Of a stretch of DNA of 64,000 nucleotides, positions 38,982 through 53,942 are shown piece by piece. Position 1 is the stretch's first letter. Every line of letters begins with the position of its first letter. The DNA comes from Eledone cirrhosa (lineage: Eukaryota): assembly GCA_964016885.1 (NCBI GenBank), contig OZ024741.1:83452001-83516000 (forward strand), written 5' to 3'. The notes below the pieces were generated by a model. The model saw only the letters and a program-made list of their open reading frames with translations, was not told the origin of the DNA and did not search any database. The position numbers and the translations under genes are program-made.

Positions 38982-40649
38982 AATGCATATATGTATATAT
39001 ACGGGCCAGTTCACTATTTAAAAATAGAAATTACAATACAAATTCATTCTACTGAACAAGCAATCTATTATAATCGAGAATTGGATTAAATTAAATATGT
39101 TGTATATAATGGCGTATTTTTTATAAGAAATATAATTTTATCAGCCCAACCTGTATATTTGTTTTACTTCTAAATATAGAAAAAGATAATAGAAAAGAGA
39201 GCGTTTCTAAGAGATATATAATTAAACGAGCAGGATAGCGTAATAACGAAAAAATTTCCCATTTGACGTTCTATTACAGATGCTATCAGACTAACACATC
39301 TCACGGCTGAAGTATCTCTGCATTTCTGGTGAGAATTAATCAATCTTGTTATTCTGAGTTTCATTACTACTCGTTATTCTTGCAGCTAAAGGCAGTGTTT
39401 CGAAGCACAGTATATAGAGTAAATATTACGAGTGTAGGTTTCTGTTCCGACATGTTAATGTGCGAATATTTGTGTGAAAGGTCCACAACTGTCAGATGCT
39501 GGCAGTATATAACTAGGCTATGCAGAATATAAAGGTCCATAAGAAAATCATTTTCTTCGACTGTTGATTAATTTATCGACTCCAGATGGAAGAAATATGC
39601 ATTTGACCTAAGCAGAATATGAATTAAAAACACAGAAAGCCGGGATAATTATCGGAAGTTATTTCTTTATTTTTTCAGAGGCTTTAACTACACTGCTTTT
39701 GTTAGCTACTGTTGTCGATGTGAAAAAAATCATATATTTTGAAACGACCGTATTTTTAATCAGGACAATGCATTTTATCTGATGCTGCTAAAGTACCCAT
39801 CAAATCGCACACATCTACCGTTATGTATTGGTACAATCTTAAGCGTGCATATCGGCTACGTCTACCACTGTCGATTTAATCTCAGAATGCCAACAATCGG
39901 TACTAATTGAGCAAGGTATCACATATGATATCCACGGTATGTGAACACAGAACGCGTAGTATCAGAAAATTTACTGCACCTTCTTCGGCATAAGCGTTAA
40001 AGTTTTTGCCAAATCCTCGTTGCTTCAGTCTGTTCGGTAGAGGTGATCGAGTTAATCGATTGAGTTAATTCCGAGATTCGAGATCCTGTTTCTAAGTGTA
40101 AAATTAATAATTAAAATAGAGGCATATAGAGATTTGTTGTTTTATGTTGGTTTTCTTATAAACATAACTCGATATTCTATTGCATTAATCAAACAATGGA
40201 GGTTATAACGATTTTTTAAAGAAATGTTTTATTGGTGTTTTACAATCTTGTGAATATTTTATTCTTTCTTCAATGAAATAACATTTTCTATAGCCATTAA
40301 CTTGTTGATACATAAAACACAATAATCATATTCAACTAAGAAATACGAGAAGAACAAATATATATTAAAATTGTAGGGGGTTGGTGGGAACCTTTCTAGG
40401 TTTCATACTATTTTGTCTGATATAAACCCTAGAAATAATACTAAGAAAAATAAATGAATTCCTATGCATATATGTATCTGTTTATTTGTAAAATCATATA
40501 CATGAGTGTATATATATATATATACATTGACACACACACGCGCACAGAGTGAGAGATAACATGCATGCTTGCGGATAAACACTGTTACATTTTATATGCT
40601 TTTTTAATTATATGCCCATTTCTATCTGCATGTGTAGGTGATGAATGGT

Positions 40650-40717
<68 letters not shown>

Positions 40718-40869
40718 TGTCCATATATGTATGTATAAGGGCATGAATAATGTGAAAAGGTAAATTGGGGTTAGGATTGCATTCGTACAAATCGAAACAT
40801 ATGCATTTGCCTCACTCTCTCTCTCTCTATCTCTATCTCTATCTCTATATATCTCTATCTCTATCTCTA

Positions 40870-40916
<47 letters not shown>

Positions 40917-41626
40917 CTCTGGGCTTAAAATATGGAGGACAGAGTCAGAGTAATACATATATAGATGGAAAGAGGAGAACCCTGTGAGAGCGGGTGGTTC
41001 AATTAGAATGAGAGAGAGAGAGAGCGAGCTAATGAGTGAGAATGAGGGAGGTAAAAAGAAAAATCGATGTTAATTTTAATAAAAACACCAACAATAATAA
41101 TAATACTAATAATAAACGAAAAAGCTATTTGCAAGACAAAATAATGATATGAAATAAAATAATATAATTAAGGAAAACTGAAACAATATGTGTTCTGCTA
41201 TAATAGAAATATGACTTTGGCGTTTTTTGAGATATTCTCTCTCTATGTATAGCAGACATTAACATGAATTATAATTGCAAATGACAGACTCAAACAGCAG
41301 TCATTTATTATGAAAATCGATAAGAAATGTGAAAAAATATTAAATAACCGGAGCCAAGAACATTTGCGGTAATAATAAGATTGTTTTGTCCTGCTATTAA
41401 AATGTCATCGTGTAATAATGTCTTTCAGCAATAAACATGATACTGTGATATAAACTAATGATGTCGCTCGCAAACGACTACAACTTTGTAGTATGTATCA
41501 AGCATTTCTCTAGGGTTGTTGGAGTCCATACTGTCGCAAAGAAATACAGACAGATTATCTACACCATATTCTCTTACTTCTACGATCCAATCTCACATCA
41601 GCACGGGGCTGATACATGCTTTATCA

Positions 41627-42393
<767 letters not shown>

Positions 42394-43008
42394 CCCAATT
42401 TTCTGCTCCCGAGTGCACCGAAATCATAGCTTATGGGGGAACAGCACAATATTATTTTTTCTGCAGCCCTTTAACACACCTAGATTAAACGCATCACCTT
42501 TTTTCCGCGTCGCCACACCTATCACATTTCCACTCACGCACCCACGAACAACCCCAACTAATATGACCGGAACACTTTCAACTAACACCATTAACATCAC
42601 TAACTCAACCCACATCTGCTACCTACGCGCAGCAGTGTGTGTGGACTTGCGTGAGTGTACTCATGTTTGCGTTTTTGAGCGGGCGTGTGCCTGCACGTAC
42701 GCATGCCGTCACACATCTCGGCCTAACACACATTCTGTTATGCAGGCGGCGCCTGAAGGCCCATGTCGCGTCCGTGGGTACTTGCATGCTGTTGCGCATG
42801 CTCGCAAGTGTGAACCTCCACCTATTACTAACTTGGCACAGGCGCGTGCTCAAGCTCGGATAGACTACCCTATAACTACACACTAATCCTCTCCCCCTAC
42901 ATTAACATAGCCAGAACACTCACATATTCCACAACTACATCATTAATATCAGTAACTCACCCCCTCACTTCCACCTTTGCACCTCTGCATACGTGTATGT
43001 GTACACAT

Positions 43009-43304
<296 letters not shown>

Positions 43305-44576
43305 TGTGTGTGTGTGTGTAATCACATGTGTGATCTTATCCACGACCTCGCATGTTAAGGGCACTATCACCACCAGACAGCATATACACATCACCAAATC
43401 CACCGATGCCACCATCACCGCCGGTGCCACCACTTTCCTTGTACGACTTCGATCCGCCACACCGACTTTCTCCCTCACGCACCACATATCCCCCTCCATA
43501 TCAATCCACTAAGCTCCCTCTAACCGCTGTATATAACCCCACCTCCCAATTCTTCCTTAAAACACTGCCACCGCTATCTCCCACCCACCCTCACATACAC
43601 CTACCCACGCACCCACTAACACTCCTTGCACCACCATTTCAACCACAACCACCAACAGACACGGATTACCTCATTCACACCGACACTCCTTCCACCACTG
43701 TCTCCTTTTCTGACCGTTGAATATAACAGCCACACGCCAATTATTCCTTCCTAAGAATTCTACCACGACCATCTCACATATACTCTCTCCCTGTAACTAT
43801 TTACACTTTCTCTATCCCATTTCTCTACAGCTTCGCCTTTCTACAAGGATACACCTATCACATTCAACTCGGACTCCGTAACTTTGAACTCCTTGATTTT
43901 ACCCTCCTCAGAGTATATGCACATGTACACATCCAACAACCACATATCTCTTCCAGATACACATACCAGCATGCACACGTTCACACATATGTATGAATAC
44001 ACATCTCCCCCAACAACGCAAAACCCACGCACACGCAAATCTACCGTAATGTGCACGCCACCAACTCACAGGCACCCACTGCATGTCGGCCTCCCTCACG
44101 TCGCCTCCCACCAGAAAGCCAGAACCCTCTCCTCCTAATTCTTATTTTAATTTTTAAATTCCTTCCTAACTGTCTTTCAACTACCATTTTGTTTGTTTTT
44201 TTGGGTGGGGGGGGTTGCATTATTCATTCTTTAACGTTTTTTTTTCTTTCCTATTTTCGTTTTGTGTTATTTCTGATGAAGGCTGGAACTCAATATAAAC
44301 GAAAACATATAATCTCGACGCTTATGTACACGGCTGATTAACCGTGGTTACGTCGGCTCGACCGGAAAATAGAATTAAGTGTATGTGAGGACTGTCTTGA
44401 TAACGACCAGAGTCAGAAACAATGTTTGTCATCAACAGTTACCCACCCTTGCTTCTGCTGGAATCTGCTAGATGGCGCAACGCCATCAGTTTCCAAAATT
44501 CATTGCTTAAGACATTCAGGATGTTTATTCAAAAACATACCGTATATCGTTCGTTAGATATCAAAAATACCCATAC

Positions 44577-44636
<60 letters not shown>

Positions 44637-44638
44637 TG

Positions 44639-44908
44639 AAAGAGTGAAGAATAACATAGTCAACAGTACAAAAAGGGTTTTATTTACAGTATTAACAATT
44701 GTTTCATTGATCAGGTGAGTCTAAAGGTCGCTAATCACTCGAAGTTGTTGCTAGTCACTCGAAGTTGTGTCACTCAACCTTAAATACAGTGTATGCCTAA
44801 TCAAATCATCGGAATAACAACTTTTAGACATCCTAATGAATGAAACAATTGTTAATACTGTAAATAAAACCCTTTTTGTACTGTTGACCATGTTATTCTT
44901 CACTCTTT
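44639..44908. repeat. Fold-back element with ~70-bp near-perfect outer arms containing GAAACAATTGTT
   Basis: AAAGAGTGAAGAATAACATAGTCAACAGTACAAAAAGGGTTTTATTTACAGTATTAACAATTGTTTCATT has its reverse complement at 44839-44908. Related to 47310-47370. Confidence 0.9.
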
Positions 44909-45156
44909 TACTATTATTATTCCGAGATTAACCAGCATAGGAATTCCTGTGAACTCGCCACCTAACTAAGGAAACCTCTTGTTGAGTCAAACAACGTCGT
45001 AAGCTAAAACTATCCACAATACAGAGTACTCACAAACTTTAACTGGATTACCTATAACGATAATTTGTTATCCCATATATATATATTAAAGCATATTACT
45101 TTTAATATTATAAATACACACACACACACACATATATATATATGTATATATATATA

Positions 45157-45221
<65 letters not shown>

Positions 45222-46448
45222 CAGGCTGCGGACGGTATTTGAGGACAGATTTATGGTTTAATAAAACGCTTATATAACAGAAAAAAACTATATTCTTATA
45301 GAAATAACATAAACATAAAGCTAAATTATCAATTTAAAAATTCCATTCAATAAAACCACCATAAGCATCAATAACTACCTCTACGTGGGGTTGAAATCGT
45401 TTACAAGCTCGGATTAAGTGGTCCTTGTTCATATCAGACAGACTCGAACTATTGCGGCTTTCAAAGATTCTTTGGTGCTATGGGGGTGTTCATTAACAGT
45501 GTTCACAACGATGCGCCATACATAGTAGTCCAGTGGATTGAGATCTGGAGAATTAGGAGACTAAATCTTGGGGGTGATGTGATCATGCAAATTGTCGGCC
45601 ATCCATTCTTGTGTCATTTGTGCATTGTGTGATGGTGCAGAATTATGTTGCATACACTGTTGAGTCAAGAGTTAACAACTTTATCCAGAACCTCAATATA
45701 CGCAGCAGCATTCACCCTAAGGCCTTGTGGAAAAAAAAGTGAGGAGGATCACATGTCCTTCATTGATAACAACACCCCAAACCATGACACTTGCAGGAAA
45801 TTTTCTGTGCATTACTCTTGGAACCTCAGAAGTGTCTGCACATAGCCACCTGTCATTTCTTCTGTTAGTTTTCTGGTCAAAGTTTTTCTCATCTGAGAAA
45901 AGCCAAATCACACCATCTTCTGATGGATTTTTAAGTTTGTTCAAAAGTCTTTTGGATCTGATTAAACAGTTTTCTTTTGTTTTTTCTGACATGAATTGAC
46001 CTCTCTTCATCACGTAAAATTTGTATGTGATGTCTTCATGCACAACATTTCTAATTGTTTTTTCTGACTCACCAACATTTTTTGCAATTGACCTCATTGA
46101 TTTTCTTGGATTGTCATCAATAGTTTGCTCAACTTCCTGAATAATTTCAGGTGTCCTGATGGAATCAGAGCATTTGGAATGTTTTTTACGTTTTGATACA
46201 GGTAATACGCTTCCATCTTCTTTCTCTAACGAATCTTGTGGACAAAAGATCTTGCAACTTTCAGAAAATGAGAAATTTCTAAATCACCATGCTTAGACTT
46301 CAAAGCCACAATCACACCATACCTTTTCATTTCATTAGTAAGCATAGTTATTTTCATTGTTATTTTCTGAAATAGAAGTTCAATAAAAATTAGTCAAATA
46401 AAATAATGACTAAAAACGCATGTGTCCTCAAATACCGTCCGCACCCTG
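45222..46448 (-). mobile_element. Tc1/mariner-superfamily transposon (DD37D/maT-like), decayed transposase
   Basis: 26-bp TIRs CAGG(C/G)TGCGGACGGTATTTGAGGACA. Minus-strand motifs WLFSDEKNF, NRRNDRW, KFPASVMVWGVV, SAPSH, SPDLNPLDY. Subfamily assignment is tentative. Confidence 0.85.
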
Positions 46449-47220
46449 CATATATATATATATAGAATAACAATAAATTGTTAAAGGTAATCCGATAAGA
46501 GTCTGCGAAAACAACGTCTCATGGACAGTTTAAGCGCACGGTAATGTGTGACTCAACAAGATGTTTACTTTGGTGACAATTGTTTTTAAATTCCTATGTA
46601 AATATATCTTGGAGTAAAAAAAAAGTTAAGAATAACATTTATTATCTTATATATATATACATCTTTCACCATGTGTCTTTATATTTCTACACTTAAACAT
46701 ATCCTATCTCGATCATTTTATCTTATAATATAATACATCTCAAACTAGCTATTTTAAATAGTAATGTATACTCGTCCGTGTGTTTATTTTCTTTGTCTCT
46801 CTATTCTTCATATCCGTATATTAATTTTCCCTTCTATATTGTCTCTTCTCTCTTCTTACACTCCCCCATATTCTTGATTAATTTCTATCCTCTCTACGCC
46901 CTCATCCCTCTCAATCTTCCTCTATCTCTTTCACATCTTCCTTACTGTTCCTTCCTCTTCGCCTATGATATATTCCCCACGTTCTCTCCTTCTCTACACA
47001 TATCTTTGTTATTATCAATATCATATGTATTTTAATACGATAGGTTGATTTCGTAAAATTGCCGGTTATTCTTTTAACTATATCTTAGCTCCTTCTCTCT
47101 GTCTTTCGCTCTCATTTCCATCTGCTTCCTTCCTTTATTTATTTATCATTAATATTAGTATTGGAGTAGTAGTTTTAATTTTAAATTTTACCGTTACGCA
47201 TATATTTTATATTTCTTAAT

Positions 47221-47326
47221 GGTTTCTGAGGAAATGGTTGAATTTAAATGTATTGTAAGTTGAATTATACTTCTCCAGTATTTAGCAATTTATAGACAAT
47301 TCTACCATGGAAACAATTGTAAGACT
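47221..47326 (+). ncRNA. Type I hammerhead motif with long stem II
   Basis: ggttt CTGAGGA a atggttgaatt...aattctaccat g GAAA CAATTG TA agact. Stem I pairs (2 G-U), stem II 10/11 bp, palindromic stem III. Confidence 0.65.
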
Positions 47327-47371
47327 ATAAATAAATTCCCTTGTTTGTTTTGTCAACCATGTTATTCTTAA

Positions 47372-47440
<69 letters not shown>

Positions 47441-47443
<3 letters not shown>

Positions 47444-48312
47444 AATAAACAAGGGCTGTGTAGTTATAAAAAGAGGAAAGCAAGAACGGCAGAACATTTT
47501 CCTTCATCAGTTGTTTGCTGGGGGTGTTGAACATTTCAACGCATTAAAGACAATATGTCTCACCCCAGGGCGTCAATAAATCAAGGAAGCCATTGGGGAA
47601 AAAGGGAGAAAGAAAAAAATAGTAACAGGGAAGAAAAAGTAAAAAAGCATCGGAAAAAAACCGGAAACACCAAACAGAAGAGGGAAACTCGAAGCACATG
47701 TGTGTAAGCAACTGGAAGAGAGAGAGAAATATTAAAGTCAATTACTGAACATAAGTTTGAGATTGGTGTGAATAAGAAAAAAAACGTCTGACCTCCGCAA
47801 GACTTAGTGAGAAAGAGACAGCTAGAGGAGCCGGCGAGAGAAACAGTGAGGTGGCTAGCAGGGAGAGGGAGAGTGAAAGAGGGAGGGCGAAGGGGTGAAG
47901 AAGAAAGAGGGGGAAGAGCTGATAGCATCAAAATAGATAGGGAGAAAGAGAGGATAGGTCACAGTGAAACTTGATAAAAATTTAAGAATAAACAGGGGCT
48001 GTATAGTTACTGGATAAGGTGTACTTATAAAAAGAGGTAAGCAATAACGGGAGAAAATTTTCCTTCATCAGTTGTCTGCTGGGGGTCTTGTACATTTCAA
48101 CACATTAAAGACAACATGTCTCACCCCAGGGCGTCAATAACTCAAGGAAGATATTGGGGGAAAAAGGGAAAGAGAGAGAAAGAAATAGTAACAGAAGGGA
48201 AGAGGGAAGAAAAAGGAAAAAATCAGCGAAAAAAAACGGGAAGCAACAAACCGAAGAGGGAAACACGAAGCACATGTGTGTGAGAGCAACTGGAAGAGAG
48301 AGAGAGAGAGAA
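47441..48312 (-). repeat. Partial tandem of a ~550-bp non-coding unit (~1.5 copies)
   Basis: 47441-47728 resembles 47984-48312 (AAGAATAAACA..TTTCCTTCATCAGTTG..CATTAAAGACAA.ATGTCTCACCCCAGGGCGTCAATAA). Strand inferred from similarity to 55767-56388. Confidence 0.85.
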
Positions 48313-48953
48313 AAAATGGGAGAAAAAAGAAATTGGGTGTACATCTCTGCGGATCTCCTCTTTCTTCGTGTGTCTTCTACAAATACATTCTTTGTATTCT
48401 TATTTATTTCCAACCGTTGGTCTCTGTCAATCCATCTTTATTCATTCTATATCTACTCATATTTTTTACTTTCTGATCTTCTATACCTCTCTTTATCTCT
48501 TTGTGTTTCTCTTTATCGCTCTCTGTCCATCTCTGTTTCTATCTCTGCATTGTTTTTTCCTTAACATCTCTCATAATTATTTCTCCTTCATTTATTCTTT
48601 GGTTTAATATTTCTTATAATTATTTTCCTTTGTTATGTGTCTGCACTTTGTCTATTTGTTTTGTTATTTATACATTTTATTGTTTTCTATTTAGATATAA
48701 TCTTTTTCTTCACATTTAGTTTCCGTTTGTAATTTTCTTAAAATATTTTATTTTCACTAATTTCTATATTTCTTGCATTACTTTACCTTCCAGTATTCCT
48801 CAGAATATTATTTTGTCTGCACTATATGTGCAGTTCATGCACTATGTATTATAATTAAAAATAAAAATAGAATATAACACAAATTTAATACCACTATATT
48901 TGTATTTAAAAGGCTGATGATGTAAAATACTGATATTATACAGAAGGACTTTG

Positions 48954-49056
48954 CCGAGGTTAACATTGCCTTTCATTCTTACGGGCTCGATAAAATAAAG
49001 TACCAGTAATGCACTGGTTTATTGCTGGCCTTGTGCCAAAAAGTAGAAACAATTAT
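48954..49056 (+). mobile_element. Partial Nin-like SINE
   Basis: GCCTTTCATTCTTACGGGCTCGATAAAATAAAGTACCAG...GGCCTTGTGCCAAAAAGTAGAAACAATTAT. Confidence 0.75.
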
Positions 49057-49549
49057 ACAGAAGGACTTATCGCACGTTTATCTTGACTGGGGAAAGACAT
49101 TAACTAAAGTAAATCCGGTATATAAGGCAATGTATATATGCCGCTGGCTGAATCTTAATAAAAGATAAGAGCTACTGATATAGAAGAATATAAACAATAA
49201 CTATGAATCTGAAGGCGTCAAACAGTTGTGGCAATAGAGTGCTCCTGTATAAACCAAACGTTTGACGGCTTCATTGACTTAACCCGTTTCATAGTAATCC
49301 GAAACAATTCTGTATTTATGAAACAAAACAATGCCTTCTAAAGGATTCTTAATTAATTTAAAATCCCCCTACAAAATTTATATAAAATCTAAATGTAAAA
49401 TTGACATATTAGTAATGAAATAATTAATAATCTTCGTAAATTCCTCGATTTTTAAAAAAGTAATTGCAAACAAGCAGGCACAGATACCTGGCCAGATTTT
49501 GTTGCGGGGAGGGTTTCTTCGATTAAACCATTACTTTATGATTTCCAAC

Positions 49550-52305
49550 ATTGTATGATCGAATTATCAAAAGCCATCACCCTTGGCCGAATACAATGTC
49601 AGCCACAGACTTCTCTCTCTCTCTCTTTCCACAGATCCTACACAGTGAGCTAGCCTCCTCCATGTCAATATGGTGTTTCACCCACTTCGTTCTGAGGGCT
49701 TGTTGTTGTGCAGCCATTAACATTCCTTTTGTAGCTTTTTTTATGGTGTCCTCTTTTTAACCAGTTCCATGTCTGTGGATCTCTGAATTCCGTTTTCTTA
49801 AAGGAGGTGCTATGAAGGGATTTTTCATGAAGGTTGTTCTTCCTCCGTGTTGTTATTTCCTTCTTGGAAATCCCCTGGTCTAGTGTCTTCTCCTTCAGTA
49901 CAAATTTGAGCATTGGCTCCCTACTGTCAGACACATATTTGTGCAGACTGTTTTCTCCATCTGAACACAGTCCTCTGTGCTGATAAGACCTCTTCCACCT
50001 TCATATCTCTTTAAGTAGAGTCTATCAACATCACTCCTCTTGTGGAATATGCTGTACGTAGTCATTAGCTTCCTAGTCTTCCTATCCATTTCTTTTTGTT
50101 CAGTAACATTCCATTTTAGAATTCCCACATTGTACCTAATAATAGACACAGCTCGGGTATGTACTGCACTTATGACATTCCTACTATTTAGATGTGATTT
50201 TAGTATGTTCCTTAATCTCCTTATGAATTCAGATCTTATCAAATCCTTCTTTTTTCTGTTCTTGATACCATCTGCCTCAAGAACACCCAAATATTTGTAT
50301 CCCTCTTCAGTGTCAATTTCCTTTATCATCTCACCTGTTAGTACATGGATTCCGTTGCTTCTGTTCAATTTATCCCTCCTCATCACTAGGACTACACACT
50401 TATTAACACCAAATTCCATACATATATCATTGCTGAACAGTGTTAACAAGTACATCCATCTCCTTCTCACTTTTCCCAAAGAGTTTAAGATCGTCCATGA
50501 AGAAGAGGTGGTTGATGGTAAGCTCTCCTTTTCCTGTTTATATCCTGCTCTCACTTTTCGTAATATGAGTGACAAGTGTATGAGGGTAAAGACAAACAAC
50601 AAAAGGGACAAACTATCTCCCTGGAAGATACCTCTCTTCATCTTCCCGCCTACCAAGGATTCTTCACCTGATGTTAGCTCTCTTTCCCAGGACTTCATTC
50701 TTTTACTTAATAGCTGTTTGATGTTGTCAGCCATCTTGAAGATCTCTAGGCTTTTAGTTATCCAAGAATGAGGTACCATGTCGAATGCCTTTTTGTAATC
50801 TATCCATCCTATGCCAAGACCAGTATGTCTACTCTTGCAGATCCTTATTACCATCTTATCAATAAGTAACTAGTCTTTTGTACCACGTGATTTCTTTCGG
50901 CATCCTTTCTGTTTGTCCGGTAATACGTTGTTTATGTGGAGGTGATGGTAGATTTCCTCAGACACAATGCTTGTTAACAGTTTCCACATTACGGACAGAC
51001 ATGTGATAGGCCTATAGTTGGTAAACTCATTATCCTCGATTCGGTCTTTCATTACCAGAACTGTGTTACCTTTTGTCAACCATTCTGGTACTTCACCCGT
51101 GATCAAGCAGTCATTGAACATGGCTGTCAGTTTTGGGTAGAGGGATGTTATATTTTTTATCCAATATCCCTGCACACCATCTGGGCTTGGTGATATCCAG
51201 TTGGTTAGTTTTTTGGCTTGCTTTTTAAGAGTTTCAGCTTTGATATTCAAATCAGGTTGTTGGTGTGCTTGTTCACTAAGCGCCTATTTAATTGTCTCAA
51301 TCCACACTGTCTGACTATTCGACATCGTGCTCCCATATCCTCTTCAGAATGCCTTAGTCTGTTCAATTTCAGGGATCACGTCATTACCTCTTTCTTTCTT
51401 TTAAAGCTGTTCAAATAACATCTACTGGTTGTTGTCAAACATGCAGTTCTGTCTATACTGACTGACTCTGTTCTCATACCGCCTAATCTTTGCGCTTTTT
51501 GCTATTAAGCGTTGCTTCAGCTCCTCTATGATATCATTTAGCTCTTTTCCCTTAGTTTTGTATTTTTCCACCAAGGCTCTGGTCTTTCTCGTATGTTGTT
51601 TCCTCTCGTTTTTATACCAAGTAATTTTTTCACCACATTTGCGGTTACTTTGAGGATATTGTTGTATTAGTGAAGGTTCCTCGTTCAAGGTATGGAATAG
51701 TCCGTCAGTATTAGTTTCCTCAATGGCCGTATCTTTGTTCCAAATGTTATATATTTCAGCATTCAGATCATTGTGTGTTTCGGTTGCTTCCTCAGGTGTC
51801 TCAACTTCTTCACCTTCATTTTCCACTTGCTCATTTGCCTGATATACCCCACTCTCCAGTTCCAACTCAATCTCTCTGCTCAGGTCCTCCAGCTCCAACT
51901 CGCTTATCCATCCATTAGTTCGTATTACACGAGCCTGACCGGCCAATTTTTGTTCACCTAATTCAGATAGACCAATCTCGTTTCAGATGTTATGCATCCG
52001 TTTCCTATAGTCTTTTTCCATGGGGTTACTCTTCAGGCAGGTAACATTTCATGACAGTTCTATTCAATTCTTTCATCCAGTTGGTTCTTGTCCCATTCCT
52101 TCTTCTTCCTCCAACACCAGCAGTATTTGGATGACATCCAGGTCCCTGCTGCTGGGCCAGGGAGTACTTGTTGTATAAGAGTCTTTCGCATGACGTTCCA
52201 GTCTCCTTTTCAGCGTTATTCGAACTGTTTAGGTTCGACATTTAAACACGCATATCGAGTATTAGTGACCACTACCAGTGTTTTTAGCGTGACAACATCA
52301 CGTTA
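49550..52305 (-). mobile_element. Decayed R4/Dong-like LINE (third subfamily), 3' part missing
   Basis: Minus-strand ORFs: RTNWMKELNRTVMKCY, KIRRYENRVSQYRQN, SPSPDGVQGYWIK, NYRPITCL, WIDYKKAFDMVPHSWI, RGIFQGDSLS, GGRGL, and a CRICG knuckle near 49640. Confidence 0.85.
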
Positions 52306-52415
52306 AAAAAACGAAAAAATTAAGTTTCGGGTCAATTTATGTGTCATTTATCTATCATTACTTTTTGTGCTGTTCTTGATATTTTCCTAATCTGAATCCT
52401 GTTTATAAGTCATTT

Positions 52416-52597
52416 TGGCAGTATCGGTAGCGAGTCGGACGCCATGCTTTGCAGCAAAGAGTTATGACCCTTTATGGCCTGAGTTCAAATCCCGCCGTGG
52501 TTAACTTTGCCTTTCGTCCTTACGGAATCGATAAAATAAAGTACGAGTAATACACTGGGATAATTGCTGGCCTTGTGCCAAAAGTAGAAACAATTAT
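52416..52597 (+). mobile_element. tRNA-derived Nin-like SINE
   Basis: TGGCAGTATCGG (A box), GAGTTCAAATCCC (B box), GCCTTTCGTCCTTACGGAATCGATAAAAT, tail GTAGAAACAATTATTAT. Confidence 0.8.
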
Positions 52598-53006
52598 TAT
52601 ATTATCTCAAACTCCCTTACGGTTGAGTTAACCCGAAAATGTAATAACTGCTTTCTCTAGCAAACACTATGATTACTTTCCGTCCACCTTACTACCCGCC
52701 TGTGACCTCTGTATCATGCATTAATTTCTCCTTTTGAGATATTTTTCACTTGCTACAAGGGAATCAGTCCTCTTTCTTTACCGATGCATCTCGTGTTAAT
52801 TCCTCCCTCCGCCTATAGAGATTTTCTCACTAGCTACAAACGCGTCTGGTAAACGTTCCTTACCTGGGGTGTTCCGTGAGAAGCTGGTTTGCCTCTTAAT
52901 AATTTTACATCTCTATAATGTACAATTGTTGCATACGGACCAGCGAAACTGTACAGTCGGGATTTTAAAGAAAAAAAATATATATATCAGTGTCTATTAT
53001 TTCCTC

Positions 53007-53090
53007 TTCAATTCCCGCCGAAGTTAACTTTGCCTTTCATCCTTACGGGGTCGATAAAATAAAGTACCAGTAATACACTGGAATAATTGC
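53007..53090 (+). mobile_element. Partial Nin-like SINE, 3' end cut by the following repeat
   Basis: TTCAATTCCCGCCGAAGTTAACTTTGCCTTTCATCCTTACGGGGTCGATAAAAT...AATTGC then abrupt change of sequence. Confidence 0.75.
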
Positions 53091-53890
53091 TCTAAATTCT
53101 GTTGGATAAATCTATATCCTGATTCATTTTGAATTGAGTCTGAATTATTTTTCCCATATCTTATGTTAACTATTTTCCCGTTTTGACGCTATAGTCGCAT
53201 ATATGTTATGGAATACTGTTAGCTTCTCGCTACAACAATTTCTATACTTTTCATGTATATATATACTCGGATTTATTTCTTAGAGTGCTTAAATTAATTG
53301 TGACTAATCACGGTATTTTGGGGGGGGGGGAAAAAAACCGCGATGATATTGCTTTTTGCTGAACTCCTTTTGTAGAGTTTTCTTTCGGAATGTTTTTGAC
53401 TCTTGTTTCATGTAAACAAACATTTGTCTCATTCTGACGTCACCAGCCCTGTTTTTACACATGTGCGTTTATTTTAATAACCACGCATGATGTTAAACTA
53501 GCCTGCTTTTAAATTCCCTTTTTGGCATATTACCAGTGAGACCTTGGTTACCATGTTGAGCTCTGCTGAGGAACGAAATCCAACCGTGACCATCTCCACT
53601 GAAAGTTTTCGTGAAATAGTATTTTCAAGACTATACAGAGCATTTGAAGTTGTCCCAAATTGAAGGTTGAGTACTTTAGACTTTGTTTTATCATGAGTTA
53701 AGGCTCTATTGATTTTTCCCTGGATTTCTCTAAATTCTGTTGGATAAATCTATATCCTGATTCCTTTTGAATTGAGTCTGAATTATTTTTCCCATATCTT
53801 ATGTTAACTATTTTCCTATTTTGACGCTATAGTCGCATATATGTTATTCAATACTGTTAGCTTCTCGCTACAACAATTTCTATACTTTTC

Positions 53891-53892
<2 letters not shown>
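53090..53892 (+). mobile_element. 638-bp unit with 165-bp terminal direct repeats and internal hammerhead (retrozyme/pLTR-like non-autonomous element)
   Basis: 53090-53254 resembles 53728-53892 with few mismatches. No ORF. Ends in (TA)n. Confidence 0.75.
53560..53641 (+). ncRNA. Complete canonical type I hammerhead ribozyme
   Basis: gctctg CTGAGGA acgaaa..28 nt..tttcgt GAA atagt attttcaag actat A cagagc. Perfect 6-bp stem I, 6-bp stem II and 5-bp stem III. Predicted cleavage after AUA at 53635. Confidence 0.9.
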
Positions 53893-53942
<50 letters not shown>

